Assembly: GCA_965267575.1 (NCBI GenBank) | Contig: OZ254086.1 | Location: 3,776,001 to 3,840,000, forward strand | Reading direction: 5' to 3' | Origin: Calditrichales bacterium | GTDB lineage: Bacteria; Calditrichota; Calditrichia; Calditrichales; J004 | DNA: 64,000 bases | Part shown: one piece after another, positions 30,726-41,005 of the stretch | How positions within the stretch are numbered: position 1 is the stretch's first letter | Layout: every line of letters begins with the position of its first letter | Position numbers and translations under genes: made by a program | The notes under the pieces: generated by a model | What the model was told of the DNA's origin: nothing | Databases searched by the model: none | The model's input: the letters and a program-made list of their open reading frames with translations, nothing else

Positions 30726-31700
30726 TTGGAAGTGGAAAAGCTGGACCAGATCCGAGAACAATTCACCAGCGACCTTAAAGAAGTAAGGAATCTAAAAGAA
30801 CTCGAAGATATCCGCATAAAGTACCTGAGCAGAAAAGGCATCATTGCTCAAGCCTTCAGCCTGATTAAAGATGTACCCAATGAGCAAAAACCTGCATTTG
30901 GCGCGGGGCTCAACGAGTTAAAGTCTTTTGCCGAGGAAGCCTTAAGCAAAAAGCGCGCTGAAGTGGGATCAGATACTGCCGAAAGGCAAAAGATCGACGT
31001 AACCCTACCGGCACGTCCACTGAGAAGGGGCCGTAAACACCCCTTGCTGCAGGTGGCCGATGAAATTAAGGCCATATTTCGCTCATTCGGATTTAGTATA
31101 GAAGATGGTCCTGAGATTGAGACCGACTATTACAACTTCGAAGCCTTGAATATCCCCAAGTCACATCCGGCGCGGGCCATGCAGGATACGCTTTACATTT
31201 CCGAAGATATCGTACTGCGCACTCACACTTCGCCGGTACAGATCCGTGTAATGGAGAACAGGAAACCGCCGATCCGCATCATCGCCCCGGGACGGGTCTA
31301 CCGCCGGGATACGCCGGACGCGACTCATTCCGCCTTTTTCCACCAGGTTGAAGGTCTGGTGGTGGGTGAAAACGTCACGTTCGCGGACTTGAAAGGCGTC
31401 ATCCAGGGTTTTGCGTACCGCATGTTCGGCAAAGAAGCACGCGTGCGTTTCAGACCAAGTTTTTTCCCGTTTACGGAACCCAGTGCAGAATATGACATGT
31501 GGTTCAATGGTAAATGGATGGAGATATCGGGGGCCGGCATGGTTCACCCAAATGTTTTCGAAGCAGTCGGATACGATCCTGAAAAATATACGGGATACGC
31601 TTTTGGAATGGGTATCGACAGGGTGGCGATGCTAAAATATGGTGTCAGGGACATCCGCCTGTTTTTTGAAAATGACTACAGATTCCTTAATCAATTCTAG
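30726..31700 (+). CDS. pheS: Phenylalanyl-tRNA synthetase alpha subunit
   Basis: HPARAMQDT, LRTHTSPVQ, FHQVEGL, RFRPSFFPFTEPS, FGMGIDR. Confidence 0.98.
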   Translation: MEVEKLDQIREQFTSDLKEVRNLKELEDIRIKYLSRKGIIAQAFSLIKDVPNEQKPAFGAGLNELKSFAEEALSKKRAEVGSDTAERQKIDVTLPARPLRRGRKHPLLQVADEIKAIFRSFGFSIEDGPEIETDYYNFEALNIPKSHPARAMQDTLYISEDIVLRTHTSPVQIRVMENRKPPIRIIAPGRVYRRDTPDATHSAFFHQVEGLVVGENVTFADLKGVIQGFAYRMFGKEARVRFRPSFFPFTEPSAEYDMWFNGKWMEISGAGMVHPNVFEAVGYDPEKYTGYAFGMGIDRVAMLKYGVRDIRLFFENDYRFLNQF

Positions 31701-31714
31701 ATTACGGTAAAAAC

Positions 31715-34102
31715 ATGAAAATCTCATTGAAATGGTTGAAAGAATATATTGATCTTGACCTTGATTCGAACGCGATTGCGCAAAAGCTGACTGATGCGGG
31801 CATTGAGGTAGAAGAGATCATCGAGCGGGGACCACGGCTGGAAAAAGTGGTTGTGGGACTGGTAAAAGAAGTAAACAAGCACCCCGATGCCGACAGACTT
31901 AGCGTTTGTAAGGTGTATGACGGCAGTGAAGACCAGCAGGTTATTTGCGGCGCACCCAACGTGCAGGCCGGACAGCACATTCCCTACGCGCAGCTAGGCA
32001 GTTCTCTTCCCAACGGGCTAAAGATCAAAAAAGCTAAAATCCGTGGTGTTGAATCTTTCGGTATGATTTGCTCGAAGGAAGAGCTTGGACTTGAGGAAAG
32101 CTCTCAGGGCATCTGGGCGATTGATGGTGAATTTGAGCCCGGAACCGATTTTAACGCAGTTATGGCCCCAATAAGCGATACAATTTTTGATGTTTTCATT
32201 ACGCCAAACCGGCCGGATTGCCTCAGTCATATTGGTATTGCGCGGGAAATTGCCGCTTTTACCGGAAAGGAAATAAAACTGCCTCCTTCCACCCTGAAAG
32301 AATCGGCGGAAAGGGCGGAAGATATTGTTCGGGTATCGATAGAAGATGCTGAAGGATGTCCCCGTTATTGCGCGCGCGTCATTCGTAATGTCAAAGTTGG
32401 TCCGTCCCCGGAATGGCTTGTGAGCAAGCTGGAAGCTGTAGGCCTGCGTTCTATCAATAACATTGTCGATGTTACAAATTTCATAATGATGGAAAGCGGC
32501 CAGCCGATGCACGCTTTCGATCTGGATTACATTGAAGGCAACCATATTATTGTGCGTAAAGCAGGGAAGCAATCCACATTTACGACGCTGGATGACAAGC
32601 AAAGAAAGCTTTCGCCGGAAACGGTAATGATTTGTGACGCTGAAAAGGAAGTGGCCATCGGCGGGATCATGGGCGGGCAAAATTCGGAGGTAAACGCCGA
32701 AACAAAAGATATCTTGCTGGAAAGCGCCTATTTCAACCCGCAAAGGATAGCTGAGAGCGCGCGTCATCTGCAAATGAGCACAGACGCCTCGCAACGCTTT
32801 GAGCGCGGTGCCGACCCTGAAAATTGTCGCAAATCGATAGACAGGGCCGCAGCTCTGATGGCTGAACTGGCGGGAGGAACCGTTTGCACCGGCGTTGTGG
32901 ATGCTTATCCGCAAAAGATTGAGCAGCGGGTTATCGTACTACGGCCGGAACGTGTAAATCGTGTTTTGGGTACATATCTTAATCAAAAGGAAATTGAAGC
33001 GCTTCTTGGTAAAATACATGTAAAGGCCACAAAAGACGGCTTTGAAGTGCCCAGCTACCGCGCCGATCTAATAAAAGAGATTGACCTGATCGAGGACGTG
33101 GCACGACTTGTCGGCTACGACAATATCCCGCAGAGCGAAAAAGAAGACGTAAATCTGCTGGAGCCGGACGCGCATCATGAGAACAAGATGCGACGCCTGC
33201 GCGAGACTCTGATAAACGCCGGTTTGCAGGAAGTATTTACCAACAGCATGATGTCGCACAAATTTGCCGCAGCCGGGCAGGATCACGAAAAACTGGTCCA
33301 TATACTCAATCCGGTAAGCGACGATCTAAGCACCATGCGTCCATCTTTGTTGCCGGGACTGTTGCAGGTTATGGACTACAACATCAAGCGTCGCAAAAAA
33401 GATATGGCCTTGTTTGAAAGCGGTCGCATCTTTCAGAGTGCCAAAGATGAAACGGAATTGCCGCATCAGCCATACCGGCTGGCTATTGCATTATGCGGGC
33501 AGATCGAGCCCGAGGCATGGCAGGGTAAAGGCCGGGACGCCGATTTTTACGACCTTAAAGCTTTCCTTGAAATTCTCAGCGCTGATCTGCACCTGGACTC
33601 CTACGAATACAAGGCTGAAGCGGATCATTCCGTGTTTGATGACAGCTGCTGCGCAGCCATTTCATATCGTAACCGGGTAATCGGATATTGCGGTAAGGTC
33701 AAAGCCACGATTGCCAAAGTTTTTGATTTATCCATAGATGTATTTGCCGCGGAAATCGATATTGCCGATTTTTACGATCAGATCGGGCGCGAAATCAGTT
33801 TTACGGTTATTGGAAAATACCCGTCGATTGAAAAAGATTTTGCCCTGGAGCTGGAAGCGGATATAGCTGCCGGCGAAGTAATGACTTTTATTTCAAAGCA
33901 GGGCGGAAATCTTTTAAGGGATGTTTCGGTTTTTGATGTTTACACGGGTGAACATGTCGGACAGAACAAAAAAAGCCTGGCCTTCCGCTTGCGTTTTCAG
34001 TCTGATGAGCGCACATTAAGTGATGAAGAGGCAGACAAGGCTTTTAAGAAGGTGATAGCGAAAGCCGAAAAACAATTTAAAGCACAATTGCGGGAAAAAT
34101 AA
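31715..34102 (+). CDS. pheT: Phenylalanyl-tRNA synthetase beta subunit
   Basis: HPDADRL, CGAPNV, TPNRPDCLS..GIARE, RFERGAD, FDX-ACB C-terminus KKSLAFRL. Confidence 0.98.
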   Translation: MKISLKWLKEYIDLDLDSNAIAQKLTDAGIEVEEIIERGPRLEKVVVGLVKEVNKHPDADRLSVCKVYDGSEDQQVICGAPNVQAGQHIPYAQLGSSLPNGLKIKKAKIRGVESFGMICSKEELGLEESSQGIWAIDGEFEPGTDFNAVMAPISDTIFDVFITPNRPDCLSHIGIAREIAAFTGKEIKLPPSTLKESAERAEDIVRVSIEDAEGCPRYCARVIRNVKVGPSPEWLVSKLEAVGLRSINNIVDVTNFIMMESGQPMHAFDLDYIEGNHIIVRKAGKQSTFTTLDDKQRKLSPETVMICDAEKEVAIGGIMGGQNSEVNAETKDILLESAYFNPQRIAESARHLQMSTDASQRFERGADPENCRKSIDRAAALMAELAGGTVCTGVVDAYPQKIEQRVIVLRPERVNRVLGTYLNQKEIEALLGKIHVKATKDGFEVPSYRADLIKEIDLIEDVARLVGYDNIPQSEKEDVNLLEPDAHHENKMRRLRETLINAGLQEVFTNSMMSHKFAAAGQDHEKLVHILNPVSDDLSTMRPSLLPGLLQVMDYNIKRRKKDMALFESGRIFQSAKDETELPHQPYRLAIALCGQIEPEAWQGKGRDADFYDLKAFLEILSADLHLDSYEYKAEADHSVFDDSCCAAISYRNRVIGYCGKVKATIAKVFDLSIDVFAAEIDIADFYDQIGREISFTVIGKYPSIEKDFALELEADIAAGEVMTFISKQGGNLLRDVSVFDVYTGEHVGQNKKSLAFRLRFQSDERTLSDEEADKAFKKVIAKAEKQFKAQLREK

Positions 34103-34329
34103 TGCGTCTGGATCAATTCGACAAATTGCAGGTTCTTGTTAAAGACCTGGAAGATATGGCGCGTGTTTATCGCCAGAAGAATAATCGTTTGAGCGAAGAA
34201 ATTACAGAGCTTAAAGGAAAATTGTCGATATTGCAGGAAGAAAATCTTAAATTAAAAGAAAAAAACGAAGAAGCCCGGGAGCGGCTGAACCTGATGATTG
34301 AACAGGTCGATCAGCGTATTTCCGGGTGA
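34102..34329 (+). CDS. Short coiled-coil protein (ZapB-like)
   Basis: 75-aa heptad coiled coil between pheT and zapA, the usual position. Confidence 0.65.
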   Translation: MRLDQFDKLQVLVKDLEDMARVYRQKNNRLSEEITELKGKLSILQEENLKLKEKNEEARERLNLMIEQVDQRISG

Positions 34330-34357
34330 CATGGTGTTGACAAACGGTAACCTTTAA

Positions 34358-34654
34358 ATGTCTCCGCAAAAAATAAAAGTAAGCATATTTGGTTCAGAAT
34401 ATTCACTTGTTTCCGATGATGATGAAAATTATGTACAGGAAATTGCCCAGTATTTGGACAAAAAAATGCGTGAAATAGACCGCCATTACAGTTTAACATC
34501 CACGACAAAAGTGGCAATTCTGGCGGCCTTAAATATAGCTGATGAACTTTTTCAGGAGCGCGAATATCGCAGAAAACTGCTCACGCAGATAAATGAAGAA
34601 GCAAGAAGAGTGAACCACAGCATTACGGAGATTTTAGAGGAAGATACCGAATAA
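34358..34654 (+). CDS. zapA: Cell division protein ZapA
   Basis: IKVSIFGSEYSL, IAQYLDKKMREI, AILAALNIADEL. Confidence 0.93.
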   Translation: MSPQKIKVSIFGSEYSLVSDDDENYVQEIAQYLDKKMREIDRHYSLTSTTKVAILAALNIADELFQEREYRRKLLTQINEEARRVNHSITEILEEDTE

Positions 34655-34676
34655 AGATTACCTAGGCCTTAATTTT

Positions 34677-34840
34677 AGCCCTGTATCCTTAAGTAATCTA
34701 TAAAAGGACCAACACCATCAAAACAGGGAACTGACTCTGGGTGGAGATTGCAAGCCACTTAAATGAGGAAGCATGAAACATCCGGGAGGTGCCCATAATG
34801 TCGAATAGAGGTTCCTTTTGTTAGATTACGGTACAGGGTT
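34677..34840 (+). ncRNA. ssrS: 6S RNA
   Basis: Located downstream of zapA. Long closing stem CCCTGTA..GTAATCTA..AAAAGGA pairs with TCCTTTT..TAGATTAC..TACAGGG, with an A/C-rich central bubble. Confidence 0.8.
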
Positions 34841-34877
34841 TTTTAATTTTTAGGCTATCCGCTTAAAGGGAGGAAAA

Positions 34878-36434
34878 ATGGCCCTGATAGATGTGCTGAT
34901 ACTTCTTGTTGTGGCAGTTCTTTTTTTCGGGATTGGCTGGTTTGTGAACGCCAGCGCGGGCAAAAAAAACCTTACCACCGCTCGTAAAAAGGCAGAGTTG
35001 ATTCTGCAGGACGCCGCCGCTGAAGGCGAAAATCAAAAGAAAGAAAAACTTTTAGAAGCCAGCGAAGAGATCTACCAGCAGAAGCAAAAGCTGGAAGAGG
35101 AGTTCCGCTCCAAGAAAAATTCGCTAAAGGCCTACGAAAACGATCTTAACAACAAAGAAAACGACCTTGACCGCAAGGCTGACCTGATATCTAAAAAGGA
35201 GCGCGAACTTTTCCTAAAAGAACGTGAGCTTAAGAACCAGGAAAACAACCTGAATATCAGGCAGTCCAAACTGGAAGAATCCATAGAGGAAGCCAATAAA
35301 AAGCTGGAAACGATTTCCGGCCTTTCCCGCGACGAGGCCAAGCAGATGTTGATGGACAACCTGCTGGACGAGGCCAAGCGCGATATAACGCATAATATGT
35401 ACCAAATGGTGCAGGAAGCACACGATAGCGCGAAACAGCAAGCCCAGCGCATTATAACCACATCCATCGAGCAGATTGCCTCCAATCACACCATTGAATC
35501 TACCGTAACTACAGTTAAGCTGCCTTCCGATGATATGAAGGGACGCATAATCGGCAAAGAAGGCCGCAACATCCGCGCTTTTGAAGTGGTTACCGGTGTT
35601 GATGTGATCGTTGATGATACGCCACAGGCCGTGTTGCTGAGCGCCTTCGATCCCGCGCGCCGTGAGATTGCCCGCATTACCATGGAACGTCTTGTCTCGG
35701 ACGGGCGTATCCACCCGGGACGTATTGAGGAGACCTATGAAAAAGTACTACAGGAAATGGATGACCATTATGAGGAGGTCGGCGAGCAGACGCTGCATGA
35801 ACTGGGCATACATGGTCTCAACCCGGAAATCGTACAGACTCTGGGCAAGTTGAAATACCGCACCAGCTATGGCCAGAATATTCTGGAACATTGCCAGGAA
35901 GTGGCGGAAATTGCCGGCAAAATTGCTGTTGAGCTTGGGCTGGACAGCTATATGGCCAAACGCGCAGGTATGATGCATAAAATCGGCATGGCTATCGAAA
36001 AGGCCAGTGAATCCGATTACAGCAAAGTGGGGCATGAATTTCTGAAAAAACATGGTGAAGCTACACCCGTGCTAAACGCGGTATTGGCTTTTACAAATCA
36101 CGCGGAAGCCAATACGCCGATCGCGGTGGTTGTACGTATTGCTGAAGAAATCAGCCGCTCACGTCCTGGCGCGCGCCGCGATGTAATTGAGAATTATGTA
36201 AAACGACTGAGCAACCTGGAGGATATCGCCGATTCTTTTGAGGGTGTAAAAAGCGCTTATGCTATCCAGGCCGGCAAGGAGATACGCATCATCATTGATC
36301 ACGATAAGGCCGACGACGCCCAGAGCCACATGCTCAGCTCGGAAATTGCAAAAAAAATCAGGTCCAATGTTGACCATGCCGGACAGATCAAAGTACACGT
36401 TATCCGCGAATTCAGAGCAATAGATTACGCTTAA
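34878..36434 (+). CDS. rny: Ribonuclease Y homolog (HD catalytic residues substituted)
   Basis: N-terminal TM, coiled coil, KH domain MKGRIIGKEGRNIRAFE, GRIHPGRIEE, YAIQAGKEIR; the HD motif reads HK. Confidence 0.93.
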   Translation: MALIDVLILLVVAVLFFGIGWFVNASAGKKNLTTARKKAELILQDAAAEGENQKKEKLLEASEEIYQQKQKLEEEFRSKKNSLKAYENDLNNKENDLDRKADLISKKERELFLKERELKNQENNLNIRQSKLEESIEEANKKLETISGLSRDEAKQMLMDNLLDEAKRDITHNMYQMVQEAHDSAKQQAQRIITTSIEQIASNHTIESTVTTVKLPSDDMKGRIIGKEGRNIRAFEVVTGVDVIVDDTPQAVLLSAFDPARREIARITMERLVSDGRIHPGRIEETYEKVLQEMDDHYEEVGEQTLHELGIHGLNPEIVQTLGKLKYRTSYGQNILEHCQEVAEIAGKIAVELGLDSYMAKRAGMMHKIGMAIEKASESDYSKVGHEFLKKHGEATPVLNAVLAFTNHAEANTPIAVVVRIAEEISRSRPGARRDVIENYVKRLSNLEDIADSFEGVKSAYAIQAGKEIRIIIDHDKADDAQSHMLSSEIAKKIRSNVDHAGQIKVHVIREFRAIDYA

Positions 36435-36437
36435 TAG

Positions 36438-37235
36438 ATGCTTAAAATCCTTTTCATTGGAGATATTGTTGGTCACCAGGCTGTAAATCTTGTTGCCGAT
36501 ACGGTTCCGCTGCTCATCCGCGACAGGGCCGTGGATTACTGTATCGCCAATGGCGAGAATTGTGACAATGGAAAGGGCATAAATAAAAAACTGGCTTCAC
36601 GTCTCATGAACAGCGGCGTTGACGCCATTACAGGCGGTAACCACATCTGGCAAAGAAACAGCATCGAAGTGCTGGAAAATCCCCTTTACAAAACCCTGCG
36701 CCCGGCCAATTATCCGCCCGGAAATCCCGGCAAAGGCCACCTTATTCTGCAAAAAAACAATCTGCCAAAGCTTGGCTTGATAAACCTGCAGGGACGCAGT
36801 TTCATGAATCCGATTGATTGTCCTTTCCGGACCGGCCAAAAACTCTGCGAAGAACTGCGCCAGGAGACTCCGTTCATTTTTGTTGATTTTCATGCCGAAG
36901 CCACGGCGGAAAAACTGGCGCTCGGCTGGTATCTGGACGGCAAAGCCAGCACAGTGGCGGGAACGCATACCCACGTACAAACGGCCGACGAGCGCATTTT
37001 GCCAAAAGGCACCGCCTATATCAGTGATGTTGGAATGACAGGTCCATTCGACAGCGTGATCGGCATGGACGTTGACACGGCATTGGAGCGCTTTGTTCAG
37101 CAGGTGCCAAATTATTATAAAATGGCAACGCGACGCATGCGCATAAACGCGGTACTCGTTACAATCAACGATAACGGAAAAGCACAACAGATAGAACGTT
37201 TAAATTTTTCGAAGGAAGATTATGGCAAACTTTAA
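36438..37235 (+). CDS. ymdB: YmdB family metallophosphoesterase
   Basis: ILFIGDIVG, NGEN, GGNH, DFHAEATAEK, GTHTHVQTAD; follows rny. Confidence 0.93.
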   Translation: MLKILFIGDIVGHQAVNLVADTVPLLIRDRAVDYCIANGENCDNGKGINKKLASRLMNSGVDAITGGNHIWQRNSIEVLENPLYKTLRPANYPPGNPGKGHLILQKNNLPKLGLINLQGRSFMNPIDCPFRTGQKLCEELRQETPFIFVDFHAEATAEKLALGWYLDGKASTVAGTHTHVQTADERILPKGTAYISDVGMTGPFDSVIGMDVDTALERFVQQVPNYYKMATRRMRINAVLVTINDNGKAQQIERLNFSKEDYGKL

Positions 37236-38118
37236 GCTCCTCGACGGGAAGCTCGTGGCGCGGCACAGCAACGAGCAGACACAAAAGCTCGCGGATAATC
37301 TCAAAAAGCAGGGCGTTACACCCGGCCTGGCCGTGGTGCTCGTTGGTGATGATCCCGCGTCGGCCATTTACGTAAAGCGCAAAGGCCAGATGTGCGAAAA
37401 ACTGGGCTTTCGCTCGGAAACGATCCGCCTTTCCGCGGAAACCACGCAGGATGAATTGTTAAATCTGGTTCAAAAACTAAACGCGGATAAAAGCTATCAC
37501 GGAATACTGGTGCAAATGCCGCTGCCAAAGCAGATAGACCCGCGCGTGGTCATTGATAATATCGCCTATATAAAAGACGTGGATTGTTTTCATCCCCATA
37601 ATGTAGGCCTTCTGGCTATCGGGGAGCCTTACATGCTGCCCTGCACGCCCGCCGGCATTCTTGAAATTCTCAAGTATTACAATATCTCCGCGCAAGGCAA
37701 GCATGTTGTCGTTTTAGGCCGCTCAAATATCGTTGGCAAGCCAATGGCTAATCTGCTGGTGCAGAAAAACAAATATGCCAACGCCACGGTTACCGTTTGC
37801 CACAGCCGTACACACGATATCGCGTCTCATACGCGTCAGGCCGATATTCTCGTCGCTGCCATCGGGCAGGCTGAATTTGTGAATAAAGACATGGTTAAAA
37901 AAGGTTGCGTGGTGGTGGACGTGGGCATGAACCGCGTCGATGCGCCGGAAACGGAGAAGGGTTACCGTTTATGCGGCGACGTCCTGTTCGAGGAAGTTGC
38001 TCCTGTTTGCGAAGCGATCACGCCTGTACCGGGCGGGGTCGGGCCTATGACCATCGCCATGCTGATGCGTAACACGGTTAATGCCGCGGCGGCGCAAAAC
38101 AATATAACATTAGGTTGA
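37222..38118 (+). CDS. folD: Bifunctional methylene-THF dehydrogenase/cyclohydrolase
   Basis: GILVQMPLP, KDVDCFHP, PCTP.G, GRSNIVGKP, ITPVPGGVGPMT. Confidence 0.98.
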   Translation: MANFKLLDGKLVARHSNEQTQKLADNLKKQGVTPGLAVVLVGDDPASAIYVKRKGQMCEKLGFRSETIRLSAETTQDELLNLVQKLNADKSYHGILVQMPLPKQIDPRVVIDNIAYIKDVDCFHPHNVGLLAIGEPYMLPCTPAGILEILKYYNISAQGKHVVVLGRSNIVGKPMANLLVQKNKYANATVTVCHSRTHDIASHTRQADILVAAIGQAEFVNKDMVKKGCVVVDVGMNRVDAPETEKGYRLCGDVLFEEVAPVCEAITPVPGGVGPMTIAMLMRNTVNAAAAQNNITLG

Positions 38119-38125
38119 TTGCTTT

Positions 38126-39019
38126 ATGCAGAATGGCACGGCATTGCTGGATCCGCAGGTTCTTTCAACCATCGACAACCTTGAATTGATTGCCAGAAAG
38201 GTTGTGGAAGGCTTTATCACCGGTCTGCACAAAAGCCCCTTTCACGGCTTCAGCGTAGAATTCAGCCAGCACCGTCCTTATATGCAGGGCGACAGCCTTC
38301 GTTTTATCGACTGGAAAGTCTATGCCCGCAGTGACCGCTATTACGTGAAGCAGTTTGAGGAAGAGACAAACCTGCGCTGCTTTATCCTGCTGGATGCCTC
38401 AGGGTCGATGGCGTTTTCCGGAAACGGCGTCAGCAAATTCCGCTATGCCTCCATGCTGGCCAGCGCTCTGACTTATCTTATGCTTAAACAACGCGACGCC
38501 ACCGGTCTTGTTTTATTTGACGAAGACATCCGCCATTTTATACCGCCGCGCTCCGTTCACGCCCATTTAAAGAATATTCTGGGGGCCCTGACGGACACAA
38601 AACCGGAAAAAGATACACGCATCACCGGCACACTTCATCAATTGGCGGACAAGATCAAACGCCGCAGCATGGTGATACTTATTTCGGACTTTTTTGACGA
38701 TCCCGATGAGATAAAAAGCGGCATCAAGCACCTGCTTTACAACAAACACGAATTATTGGTTTTCCAGATTCTGGATGATGCCGAGCTGGGTTTTGATTAT
38801 AAAGGCGAGGTGGAATTCAGGGACCTTGAAGGAGATGCCAAAATCAAAACACGTCCCAAATATATTAAAGACCACTACCTGGAGCAGATCGCCCGCCACA
38901 ATGATTCACTGAAGCATTTCTTTTCGGAAAACCGTGTTGATTACGGCCTGATAAAAACATCGGATTATCTGAGTAAAGCGATGCTTGAATATGCTTTAAA
39001 AAGGAACCGATTGTTTTAA
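38126..39019 (+). CDS. DUF58 (vWA-like) protein
   Basis: GLHKSPFHGFSVEFSQHRPY..GD..R.IDWK, EEETN, LDASGSM, ISDF. Confidence 0.92.
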   Translation: MQNGTALLDPQVLSTIDNLELIARKVVEGFITGLHKSPFHGFSVEFSQHRPYMQGDSLRFIDWKVYARSDRYYVKQFEEETNLRCFILLDASGSMAFSGNGVSKFRYASMLASALTYLMLKQRDATGLVLFDEDIRHFIPPRSVHAHLKNILGALTDTKPEKDTRITGTLHQLADKIKRRSMVILISDFFDDPDEIKSGIKHLLYNKHELLVFQILDDAELGFDYKGEVEFRDLEGDAKIKTRPKYIKDHYLEQIARHNDSLKHFFSENRVDYGLIKTSDYLSKAMLEYALKRNRLF

Positions 39020-39085
39020 AGTTTTACTTGAAATACTGGCCTCTTAAGTGCTACTTTAATTCCAGCCAAACAAAACGAGCGTTCC

Positions 39086-39520
39086 ATGGCCGGAAACAAT
39101 GAAATAGACTACTCCATCGGTGAAGTCTCAAAGCGAACGGGTGTGCCGCAGTCGACATTACGCTACTGGGAAACCGTTTTTCCACAGCTTCAGCCACATA
39201 AAACCGAAGGTGGCAGCCGCCGCTATTCAGAGGATATGATCGTTCTGGTACAACACATAAATGATCTGCTGCATAACAAAGGATTTACCATTAAAGGCGC
39301 CGAGCGCATGTTAAGCGAAAAAGAAGAGCTCAAGGAATCCGAAGCAACGAGACCAAAAGCTGACGATAACTTGCCGCTCTTCGCAAAAGAAAAAAAAGAA
39401 ATGCCGGCACAAAGCGAGCCGCAGAAAGCCCTACAATCAGCACCGGGACAAGAAAGCAGCGATTTTCTCAAAAACCTGCGCAGGGAACTCTATCAAATCC
39501 GAAAAATACTTGAAGAGTGA
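39086..39520 (+). CDS. MerR family transcriptional regulator
   Basis: YSIGEVSK..GV..STLRYWE..FPQL.P, RRY, GFTIKGA. Confidence 0.9.
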   Translation: MAGNNEIDYSIGEVSKRTGVPQSTLRYWETVFPQLQPHKTEGGSRRYSEDMIVLVQHINDLLHNKGFTIKGAERMLSEKEELKESEATRPKADDNLPLFAKEKKEMPAQSEPQKALQSAPGQESSDFLKNLRRELYQIRKILEE

Positions 39521-39570
39521 CGCGCATATGATTGCATTTATCTGAGTAGCTTTTTAACTTAACACTTGTT

Positions 39571-39644
<74 letters not shown>

Positions 39645-39650
39645 CATAGC

Positions 39651-39683
39651 AATGGGGATTTTTTACAAATCCCCATTTTTTTT
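39651..39683 (+). terminator. Intrinsic terminator after tRNA-Pro
   Basis: AATGGGGATTT...AAATCCCCATT plus T-run. Confidence 0.7.
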
Positions 39684-39690
39684 GGAGAAA

Positions 39691-40389
39691 ATGAAGACAT
39701 TCGCACTGATCATCCCGGCTTACAACGCAGAAAAATCGATACGGCAGCTGCTGCAGCGTGTTGTGGCTTTATCTCCGGCGCCGGCGTCCATTATCGTTGT
39801 TGATGACGGTTCCACCGACCGCACGCTGGAAGAATTATCACAATTCCCGGTTGACATATTATCATTGCCCGCCAACGGCGGTAAGGGGACGGCGTTGCAA
39901 CATGCCTTCCGGGCCGTGAAAGATCAGAGCGCTTATGATTTTGTGGTTTGCATGGACGCGGACCTGCAGCACGCACCTGAGGACATAAACCGTTTTCTGG
40001 AGATCCTGGAGGGTGGAACGTCCGATATTGTGATCGGTAAACGGGTAAAACGGTTTGGCAGAATGCCGCTGTCGCGACAGTTTTCAAACCGCGTCTCATC
40101 CTGGCTCATAAGTGCGGCCTGCGGCGAACCGATCAGCGACAGTCAATGCGGCTTCCGGGCATTCCGGCGTGAAGTTTTGCAGGAGCTTGTCCTGGATGAA
40201 CCCAATTTCCAGATCGAAAGCGAATTTATACTTAAAAGCTGCCGCAAAAATTTTAAGATAGCCTTTGTGGATATTGAAACGATCTACGCCGGAAACGGCT
40301 CTCATATCCATCATTTACGTGATACCTGGGAATTTATTAATCTGCTTATCAGGGAAATGCGACGTGATCCATTACAATCGACAACGTGA
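39691..40389 (+). CDS. Glycosyltransferase family 2 (polyprenol-phosphate glycosyltransferase-like)
   Basis: IIPAYNAE, VVDDGSTD, NGGKG, MDADLQH, DSQCGFR; ATG 39691 after GGAG. Confidence 0.92.
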   Translation: MKTFALIIPAYNAEKSIRQLLQRVVALSPAPASIIVVDDGSTDRTLEELSQFPVDILSLPANGGKGTALQHAFRAVKDQSAYDFVVCMDADLQHAPEDINRFLEILEGGTSDIVIGKRVKRFGRMPLSRQFSNRVSSWLISAACGEPISDSQCGFRAFRREVLQELVLDEPNFQIESEFILKSCRKNFKIAFVDIETIYAGNGSHIHHLRDTWEFINLLIREMRRDPLQSTT

Positions 40390-41005
40390 AAAAATGGTAG
40401 AAGGCCTGCGCCGGCGCGGCATCAGCGATGAACGCGTTTTGCGGGCCATGCTCAAGGTGGAGCGTCACCGTTTTGTGGCGCCGGGGGCCGAATTTCAGGC
40501 CTATGATGACAAAGCACTGCCCATCGGTTTTGAGCAGACCATATCGCACCCATACACCGTGGCGCTGATGAGCCAGGCCCTTGAAGTGGAAAAAGGCCAG
40601 AAAATACTGGAGATCGGGAGCGGGTCGGGCTATCAGGCAGCCGTTTTATGTGAAATGGGCGCGCAGGTTTTTACAATCGAACGCATCGCGGCTCTGGGCA
40701 AAAAGGCGGAAAGCCTGCTCAGGGATATGCGCTATCATTTTGCTTTACGCGTGGGCGACGGCACACTGGGCTGGCAAAATTATGCACCGTATGATGCAAT
40801 AATTGTCACTGCGGGCGCGCCCGTCAATCCCAAAAGCCTGCTGCCGCAGGTAAAAAACGGCGGCCGGCTGCTTATTCCGCTTGGCGACAAAAACAATCAA
40901 ATGCTTACGCTTTTTTTAAAAACAGAACAGGAAATACGCCGGATAGAGCTGGAACCACTCTCATTTGTTCCTCTCATCGGGAAACATGGATGGACTGAAA
41001 GATGA
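40364..41005 (+). CDS. pcm: Protein-L-isoaspartate O-methyltransferase
   Basis: VERHRF, AYDDKALPIG..QTISHPY, LEIGSGSGYQAA, APYDAIIVTAG, FVPLIG. Confidence 0.96.
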   Translation: MIHYNRQREKMVEGLRRRGISDERVLRAMLKVERHRFVAPGAEFQAYDDKALPIGFEQTISHPYTVALMSQALEVEKGQKILEIGSGSGYQAAVLCEMGAQVFTIERIAALGKKAESLLRDMRYHFALRVGDGTLGWQNYAPYDAIIVTAGAPVNPKSLLPQVKNGGRLLIPLGDKNNQMLTLFLKTEQEIRRIELEPLSFVPLIGKHGWTER

